NCBI GenBank assembly: GCA_964420395.1
Contig: CAYQTJ010000003.1
Coordinates: 715 to 64,714, forward strand
Origin: an uncultured Fibrobacteraceae bacterium
Lineage (GTDB): Bacteria; Krumholzibacteriota; Krumholzibacteriia; LZORAL124-64-63
DNA: 64,000 nt
Reading direction: 5' to 3'
Shown: positions 58,135 through 64,000 of the stretch, piece by piece
Layout of the letters: the number at the start of each line of letters is the position of its first letter
Position numbering within the stretch: the first letter of the stretch is position 1
Position numbers and translations under genes: made by a program
Notes under the pieces: generated by a model
Told to the model about the DNA's origin: nothing
The model's input: only the letters and a program-made list of their open reading frames with translations
Databases searched by the model: none

Positions 58135-59283
58135 TCACCTGTACAGCCCCTTCACGCCCCCCAGGGGCTTCTTCTCGGTTGGCAGCGGGGTGGCCGAGAA
58201 CGGCTCGAAATCCACGATCCCGTTGATCGTCGGATCGTCAGTGCCGTCCCAGATCAGGGCCGCGATCGAGTCTCGGCTCGCGATGCCCCAGTAGTTGTCG
58301 CGGAGGTCTGCGTGGATCACGGGCAGCTCATTCGCCTTGAGGAGTTTGACCAGCATGCCACCCGCACTCAGGATGTGGCAGTTGTGCAGGGTCAATAGCG
58401 GCCAACTGGGAATGTACACGGCCGCATTTGTCCCACCGCCGAAAGCACAATTCGATCCCGTTGCACGGCCATTGAGGAGGCCAAGGTTGCATGACCCGCC
58501 AGAGACACTGACCCTCGTCAAACCCATTGTGGCGCCATCAGCCGTTATGAGGCCATAATTGCGCGCATCGGTAACGCGGCAATCAACGATGCTGCCCGCC
58601 GTGCCCGTCTCGAACTGAATCCCAACGGAGCCACCGGTCACAACACAGTTCTGGACCAGGGCGCTTGGAGTTGCCACCACATCGACAGCGTATGTATTGT
58701 TCTGGAAGACCGATCGCGACAGCTCGAATCGCGGCGTAGGATCCCAGCACACCACCCCGATTTCGGTGCAGTTCTCAAAGACACAATCAGACACCTGCAC
58801 CGGGCCTCCGCAGGAGCTAGAGATTCCAAGACCACAGCCTCGAATCAGCGCTCCGACCACTGTGGATCTGGTTGAGCGTGTTGATAAGTTAATCCCGCAA
58901 TACGTATTGATGGAGCCGAGCGAGGACACATCGCCCCCAACCACGTTGTCGAACACGATCCCGGCAGGCCCGAATAGGTAGAATTCCGGCGCCGTTTCGG
59001 GACCGATAACCACCTCATCCCGGTCCGTCCCCATGATCGTCAGGCTGTCCGTGCGCACGAGCGCGTAGACCTCAATGCTCCAGGACCAGAGATGCAGCGT
59101 CGCGGTTTGATGCTCGGTGTAGTGGCCAGGGCCGATCAGGATCGTGTCTCCGGGGGCGGCGGCGTCGATGGCGGGCTGGATCGTCGTATAGGGCGCGCTC
59201 CCATCGCGCTCCACCCGCAGGGTTGCTGATGACGCGGGCGATGCGAAGATCGTCAGCAGGATCGCAATTGCTAGCCTTCGCAC
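58135..59283 (-). CDS. Secreted right-handed parallel beta-helix repeat protein, paralogue 2
   Basis: Signal peptide MRRLAIAILLTIFASPASSA. LRVERDGSAPYTTIQPAIDAAAPGDTILIGPGHY. Identical C-terminal end LGGVKGLYR. Confidence 0.65.
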   Translation of the reverse strand: MRRLAIAILLTIFASPASSATLRVERDGSAPYTTIQPAIDAAAPGDTILIGPGHYTEHQTATLHLWSWSIEVYALVRTDSLTIMGTDRDEVVIGPETAPEFYLFGPAGIVFDNVVGGDVSSLGSINTYCGINLSTRSTRSTVVGALIRGCGLGISSSCGGPVQVSDCVFENCTEIGVVCWDPTPRFELSRSVFQNNTYAVDVVATPSALVQNCVVTGGSVGIQFETGTAGSIVDCRVTDARNYGLITADGATMGLTRVSVSGGSCNLGLLNGRATGSNCAFGGGTNAAVYIPSWPLLTLHNCHILSAGGMLVKLLKANELPVIHADLRDNYWGIASRDSIAALIWDGTDDPTINGIVDFEPFSATPLPTEKKPLGGVKGLYR

Positions 59284-59505
59284 GGTTGCGGTCCCATCTG
59301 TTGGCGGGCCTCGGGAGTTGACTGCCGCATCATTGCGCTGAACTTCCTCTTGAGCGAGGGCGTCCAGCAGAACCGGCGCAAGCTCACGAACCGCGCATTG
59401 TACGGTCCGTACCTGTCCCGTATGGCCTCCGACGACCGCTCCATCATCAGCGATCCCTGCCCGTGAACTGCCGCGCTGCGGCCAATTCTGCTTGCTCGGC
59501 CAACG

Positions 59506-60585
59506 TCAGTCCGCGAACTGATCTCCGCGGTCCTTCCAGCGGATCCACGAGCTCGTCAACTGCCATTCCTCGCCCGTCATCGAATCCATGATCCACAGCG
59601 TGCCAAGGCGGCTGTCGGACTGCGTGGCGTCTTCCTTCACGTACACGAGCAGCGTGCCATCTGGCGACCAGGCGGGCTTTGCGCCACCCTCCCATGTCAG
59701 TCGATAGTCCGCGCCACTTCTGGTATCCAAAATCCACAACTGTCTTCGGCAATTGCCCGGCATGCGATTCGCGTAGGCGATGCGGTGCCCGTCCGGCGAC
59801 AGCCGTACATCGCGAAAATCGCGCCCCGGCGGAAAAGACGACAGAACCTGCACGTCCTCCCCGACCGTGTTCATGCTGCAGATCTGGCCGGCACTGCCAA
59901 CATTGCGCATGTGCAGCAACCGCTGATCATTCAGAGACCACTCCGGGAACCGCACGCCTCCCTCCGTAATGCGTCTGCTATCCAGTGTTCCCAGGTCGAG
60001 AATCCATATGGCAAAGTCAGCACTGACACCCACGTCGGAGTCATACGCCATACTACTGCCATCGTGGCTCCACACCGGGTGGTTATTCCAGCCATCGGTC
60101 GTCCATCTCCGGTACTGTCTTCCGTGATAGTCCATCGAGCACACCTGATTACCGTCAATGAATGCAATCATCTCGCCGCTTGGATCCCAACGCGGCTCGC
60201 GGCCACGATTCGCTATTCTGAAGCGGTTTCCAGTACGTGGCTCAATAATCCAGATTCCGGCCAGCGCCGTATCCACCGTTGACGATCCATAGGTCGACGT
60301 GGCCACAATGCCCCGATCAACGTAGACGATGAAGCCACTACTTGACCAATCTGGCTGGTCCTGCTGGTTGAGGAACTGCGGCTGTTCTGGCCCCCCTCCA
60401 TTCCAGGGCCGACAACCCTCCTCAACTGGATTGGCCCACTCAGGAATGTCACCCTCGCCCTGCGGGCACGTAGTCCTCTGTTCCTCCTCGCATCCACTCA
60501 CTACCGCGCAGCAGAGTGCCGCCATCACTGCGACACATGCTCTTTGCCAAGCGCGATTCCTGTGCAAACCATGCCGATATAGCAT
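59506..60585 (-). CDS. TolB-like WD40/PD40 beta-propeller lipoprotein
   Basis: Lipobox VVSGC. PD40 repeats (DPSGEMIAF, SHDGSSMAY, SPDGHRIAY, SPDGTLLVY). GC about 58%. Confidence 0.65.
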   Translation of the reverse strand: MLYRHGLHRNRAWQRACVAVMAALCCAVVSGCEEEQRTTCPQGEGDIPEWANPVEEGCRPWNGGGPEQPQFLNQQDQPDWSSSGFIVYVDRGIVATSTYGSSTVDTALAGIWIIEPRTGNRFRIANRGREPRWDPSGEMIAFIDGNQVCSMDYHGRQYRRWTTDGWNNHPVWSHDGSSMAYDSDVGVSADFAIWILDLGTLDSRRITEGGVRFPEWSLNDQRLLHMRNVGSAGQICSMNTVGEDVQVLSSFPPGRDFRDVRLSPDGHRIAYANRMPGNCRRQLWILDTRSGADYRLTWEGGAKPAWSPDGTLLVYVKEDATQSDSRLGTLWIMDSMTGEEWQLTSSWIRWKDRGDQFAD

Positions 60586-60712
60586 TATCGCAGATCCCCC
60601 TTAACAGCGGTGCCCCCTCGCAACGCGCCCGCCTCTCAAGGATGACGGCGTCGTCCCAGTTGCCTCCCCGCGTTGGGCCCGAACCACCAGCCCTTCGTTG
60701 ACGGCCGCGCAC

Positions 60713-61690
60713 TCAGACGTGGTTGCGCAGCATCAGTTCCTTGGGGTGGGGATTCAGGTAGACCTGGTCGGCGATGTAGGTGACGTGGTGTTTGCGGACG
60801 TGGTGGCGGATCAGGGTGATCGGGACGATCAGGGGGACCAGTTCCTGACGGTAGTCCTCGATGGTGGCGAGGATGTCCTCGCGCTCGGGGCCGGAGGTGT
60901 GTTCGCGCAGGTGGCCGACGAGGTGCTGGAGGACGTTGCAGTTCTTCCTCGTGGTCGTGCGGACCTGGAGGGCCTGCATGAACAGCTCGCCGTAGCGGGC
61001 GCGAAACGTCGCGGGGTCGTGCTGCTTGACGGCGGCGACGAGCTGGCCGAGCAGTTTGTGATGCGGGGGGCTGTGGGCGAGGAGCAGGTACTTGTGGGCG
61101 GCGTGGAACTCCACGACGGCGGCGCGTGACCAGCGGGCCTCGAAAAGCGCCTGCAGGCGGTGCGAGGCGAACACCCGCACGATGAAGTTGTCGCGCAGGC
61201 GGGCGTCGTTCAGGCGGCCCTCCTCCTCGACCGGCAGGAGTGGCAGCCGCGCGAGCAGCTCGCGGGCGAACAGCCCCGTGCCCGACTTGTCGGGCATGCC
61301 GCCGTCGGGGTCGTACACCTTCACGCGCTCCATGCCGCAGCTCGGCGAGTCCTTCTTCAGGATGTAGCCGCACAGGCCCATCTTCGCGAGTTGTGTCACG
61401 CGCCGGCTCGCGTGGTGGTTCATGCGCTCCGTCCAATCCTCGCCCGACCGGACGCCGATCATGCGGGGCGCGTCCGCGGTGCCGACCAGGCGCACCGCCT
61501 CGCGCGGCACCCCCATCCCGCCCTCCAGCTCCGGGCAGACCGGGACGAACTCGAAATAGGGGCCGAGGATGTCGGTGAGATAGCGGTCCTGCTTGTGCCC
61601 GCCGTCGTAGCGCACCTTCTGGCCGAGCAGACAGCTGCTGATGCCGACCCGCAGGGGGCGCTCGGCAAAGGAGTGATCCTGTCCGTCCAT
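60713..61690 (-). CDS. DUF523 + DUF1722 fusion protein (YbgA/TudS-like)
   Basis: Internal start MDGQDHSFAERPLRVGISSCLLG with GGGAGGG RBS. Conserved Cys pattern SSCLLG...CPE...C of DUF523. DUF1722 C-terminal half. Confidence 0.65.
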   Translation of the reverse strand: MDGQDHSFAERPLRVGISSCLLGQKVRYDGGHKQDRYLTDILGPYFEFVPVCPELEGGMGVPREAVRLVGTADAPRMIGVRSGEDWTERMNHHASRRVTQLAKMGLCGYILKKDSPSCGMERVKVYDPDGGMPDKSGTGLFARELLARLPLLPVEEEGRLNDARLRDNFIVRVFASHRLQALFEARWSRAAVVEFHAAHKYLLLAHSPPHHKLLGQLVAAVKQHDPATFRARYGELFMQALQVRTTTRKNCNVLQHLVGHLREHTSGPEREDILATIEDYRQELVPLIVPITLIRHHVRKHHVTYIADQVYLNPHPKELMLRNHV

Positions 61691-61815
61691 GTTCAGCCCT
61701 CCCGCCGGGCGGAGGCCGCGCGCCGGCACGGCTCTTGATGTTCCCCCGACGCGACCGCGTTCCCTCACCGAACACGCGTCATTATGCAACCTGTTTCACC
61801 GGGGGTCATCCAGTC

Positions 61816-62778
61816 ATGCGTCATTTTGCCCTGAAATATCAGCGGCTGCTGTTCCTGCTCGCGCTCGTTCCCCTGCTCGTGCCGGCGGTCGCCCCCGCCG
61901 CGACGGTCCGGGAGCTGCCGCAGGGCGCGCTCGGCACGCCGGTCGGCCTCGATCCGCAGGCGACCGTCCGCCGCTGGCCCAGCACCCTCACCACGGCCGA
62001 AGGGCGCGCCCTGATCGCCTCCCGGCCCGACGATCCCTCCGGCTACGTCCAGGTGGGGCTGGCCGCGCTGCGCTCCGGCGACGACGCGGCCGCCGCGAAG
62101 GTGCTGGCGGAGGGGCGCGCGAAGGCCTCGCCGTCGGCGCAGCTGCTGGTGCTGCTCGGCGCCGCCTGGCTCGGCCAGGGCCGCCTCGGCGACGCCGAGG
62201 AGGCCACCCAGGCCGCCCTCAGGATCGATCCCGCCGTCGCCGGGGGCCAGTTGCAGCTCGGCGCCATCTTCACCGGCATCGGCTGGCCCGAGAGCGCGCT
62301 CGACTGCTTCGAGAAGGCGCTCGCCCAGTCGCCGGGCGACTCGGCCGCCCAGTGCGCGCTCGTGTACGGGCTGATCGGCGCGGGGCGCGCGGCGCAGGGC
62401 GAGCAGGAGTGCCGCGGCTTCCTCGGCGACGCGATGGACGACGCCCCGCTGCTGGTCGCGCTCGGCGAGACGCTCGAGGCGCAGGAGGAGCTCAGGGACG
62501 CGTTCGACGTCTACGGCCGCGCGCTCGTGGTCGATCCGCGCAGCGCCGACGCCCACGCCCGCCGCGGCCGGCTGTTCTGCCGCTTCGGGCAGTTCGACGC
62601 CGCCGCCACGGAGTGCCGCGCCGCGCTCGCCGTCGACCCCGCCTCGCCCCTCGCGCACGCCTACCTCGGCATCGCCTACGCGGAGCAGGGGCAGACCGAG
62701 GCCGCGCGCGAGCACGTCCTGCAGGCGGAGGCGGGCGGCATGCGCATGGATTCCGTCTGGGGCAAGCTGGCCCAGTAG
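61816..62778 (+). CDS. Secreted TPR-repeat protein
   Basis: Start MRHFALKYQRLLFLLALVPLLVPAVAPAA (signal peptide), followed by multiple TPR-like A..G....A repeats. Confidence 0.6.
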   Translation: MRHFALKYQRLLFLLALVPLLVPAVAPAATVRELPQGALGTPVGLDPQATVRRWPSTLTTAEGRALIASRPDDPSGYVQVGLAALRSGDDAAAAKVLAEGRAKASPSAQLLVLLGAAWLGQGRLGDAEEATQAALRIDPAVAGGQLQLGAIFTGIGWPESALDCFEKALAQSPGDSAAQCALVYGLIGAGRAAQGEQECRGFLGDAMDDAPLLVALGETLEAQEELRDAFDVYGRALVVDPRSADAHARRGRLFCRFGQFDAAATECRAALAVDPASPLAHAYLGIAYAEQGQTEAAREHVLQAEAGGMRMDSVWGKLAQ

Positions 62779-62837
62779 CAACGCCCGCCGGCGCCGGGGG
62801 CGGCCGTCCCACGCGGCCCGCCCCCGGCCTCGCCGGC

Positions 62838-63425
62838 TCAGCCGGCCCCCAACCCCCGCAGGACCAGATCGCCGATCGCGTCCGCCCGCGCCGCCAGGCG
62901 CGTGTTGCGCCGGGCGAGCACCCAGTCGGTGGCCATCTCGTCGAGGATCCCGAAGATCGCCTTCGCGGTCAGCAGCGGGTCGAGGTCGGCGCGGAACGTC
63001 CCCTCGCGCTGCCCCTGGGCGATGATGCCGGCGATCGCCCCGAGGTATTCGCGCAGGCGGCTGCGCGAGAACAGGTCGAGGAAGCGCAGGCTGTGCCGCA
63101 GCTCCACCTGGAAGACGATCGCCAGGTCGCGGTCGCGTCCGAGCAGGGCCAGGTGCAGGGCGATCAGCCCGCGCATCCGCGCCGCGGCGTCCCCCGCCGC
63201 CGGCAGCTGCCGCCCCTCGGCGATGAAGCGCGCCATGGCCCGCTCGAACAGGCCGACCAGGATCTCCTCCTTGCCGTGGAAGTAGAGGTAGATGGTGCCG
63301 TCGGCCACCCCGGCGCGCCGCGCGATCATCGCCACCGTGGTGTGGTAATAGCCGTGGCCGGCGATCTCGATGACCGCCGCATCGAGGATGCGCTCGCGTT
63401 TCCCGTCGAGGCGGGGGCGGGACAT
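62838..63425 (-). CDS. TetR/AcrR-family transcriptional regulator
   Basis: Start MSRPRLDGKRERILDAA with GGGAGAG RBS. HTH TTVAMIARRAGVADGTIYLYF. Confidence 0.8.
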   Translation of the reverse strand: MSRPRLDGKRERILDAAVIEIAGHGYYHTTVAMIARRAGVADGTIYLYFHGKEEILVGLFERAMARFIAEGRQLPAAGDAAARMRGLIALHLALLGRDRDLAIVFQVELRHSLRFLDLFSRSRLREYLGAIAGIIAQGQREGTFRADLDPLLTAKAIFGILDEMATDWVLARRNTRLAARADAIGDLVLRGLGAG

Positions 63426-63556
63426 CGCTCTCCCTGAATGGTCGTTCACATGCTTCGGAATCGGCGCGCCGCCGGCGCGCCATTCCCTGATTTTTGGATT
63501 CTACCAACACATTGTTACCATTGCAACTACGTAAACAGGAGTCGCCGCCTTGTCGA

Positions 63557-63601
63557 TTGACACCATTCCGTGTCGTCGCTACCATGATGAATGGCCATTC
63601 A
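63557..63601 (+). promoter_or_regulatory. Promoter TTGACA-17-TACCAT followed by a perfect 14-bp palindrome TGAATGGCCATTCA (candidate TetR operator) in the divergent intergenic region
   Basis: TTGACA at 63557-63562. TACCAT at 63580-63585. Palindrome at 63588-63601. The intergenic region is AT-rich. Confidence 0.4.
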
Positions 63602-63668
63602 CACGGAAGCGCGCTTCCGGTCACCGCACCCCTGACGCAGGGCGCCCGCGGCGCCCCGGGGAGTCCCC

Positions 63669-64000
63669 ATGACCTGGCCCGTGCGCAGGATCGCCGTGCT
63701 CGGCGGCGGCGTGATGGGCGGCGCCATCGCCGCGCAGTTCGCCAACGCCGGCGTGCCGTCGCTGGTCCTCGACCTCGTCCCCCGCGGGCTCACCCCCGCC
63801 GAGCAGGCGCTCGGACTCGATCCCGCGGATCGCCGGGTGCGCGACCGCCTCGCCGCCGACGCGGTGCGGGCGCTCGCGAAGCAGAAGCCGGCGCCGCTCT
63901 TCAGCGAGGAGCGGCTGGCGCTGATCGCGGCCGGCAACCTCGAGGACGACCTGCCGCGCCTGCGCGAGGCGGACTGGGTGATCGAGGTCGTGAAGGAGGA
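63669..64000 (+). CDS. 3-hydroxyacyl-CoA dehydrogenase family protein (FadB/FadJ-like N-terminus); 3' end outside the window
   Basis: Rossmann motif IAVLGGGVMGGAIA. GGGGAG RBS. Divergent from the TetR gene. Confidence 0.7.
   Translation, partial: MTWPVRRIAVLGGGVMGGAIAAQFANAGVPSLVLDLVPRGLTPAEQALGLDPADRRVRDRLAADAVRALAKQKPAPLFSEERLALIAAGNLEDDLPRLREADWVIEVVKE

Noticed and set aside
59447-59752. 101-aa minus-strand ORF overlapping the 3' end of the TolB-like gene
   Set aside because: Out of frame with the supported PD40-repeat gene, and no RBS.
1-64000. Search for CRISPR arrays, tRNA or rRNA genes
   Set aside because: No regularly spaced direct repeats with spacers. No tRNA-like T-arm or acceptor patterns. 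No rRNA-like conserved stretches seen.

Overview
Bacterial chromosomal segment with very high GC (roughly 70%) over positions 1-54600, followed by a lower-GC accessory stretch (roughly 50-60% by eye) from about 54.6 to 60.6 kb. About 55 protein-coding genes are supportable. Most six-frame ORFs are antisense or out-of-frame artifacts of the high GC content. I found no rRNA, tRNA or CRISPR array.

Main contents:
- Purine catabolism cluster resembling the enterobacterial ygeW/ygeY/hyuA/ssnA/xdh selenium-associated purine locus. Members: a partial dihydropyrimidinase/hydantoinase-like gene, a CoxLMS-type xanthine dehydrogenase operon, two chlorohydrolase/deaminase-family amidohydrolases (one SsnA-like), a YgeY-type M20 peptidase, a YgeW-type knotted carbamoyltransferase, a small translationally coupled ORF, and a threonine-synthase-like PLP enzyme.
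- A sigma54-dependent response regulator sits next to this cluster, paired with an unusual kinase-like protein whose domain order is HATPase, then one TM helix, then an FG-GAP domain.
- Housekeeping and chaperone genes: pyk, mtfA-like, dnaJ.
- A GldA/F/G-like ABC system and a MacAB-like efflux system with two FtsX permeases.
- An S9 peptidase and an OmpA-family protein.
- Two giant beta-propeller-repeat surface proteins and several other secreted proteins that share a C-terminal T9SS/FlgD-Ig-like sorting domain.
- A 131-bp MITE/REP-like element with 22-bp terminal inverted repeats.
- A single DUF4143 AAA ATPase gene behind a textbook TTGACA-17-TAATAT promoter in an AT-rich pocket.
- The lower-GC island carries IS3-family transposase remnants and a tandemly duplicated beta-helix protein gene with about 95% identical flanks.

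The organism is probably a high-GC member of an FCB-related or candidate lineage such as Gemmatimonadota or Eisenbacteria. That is inference only.
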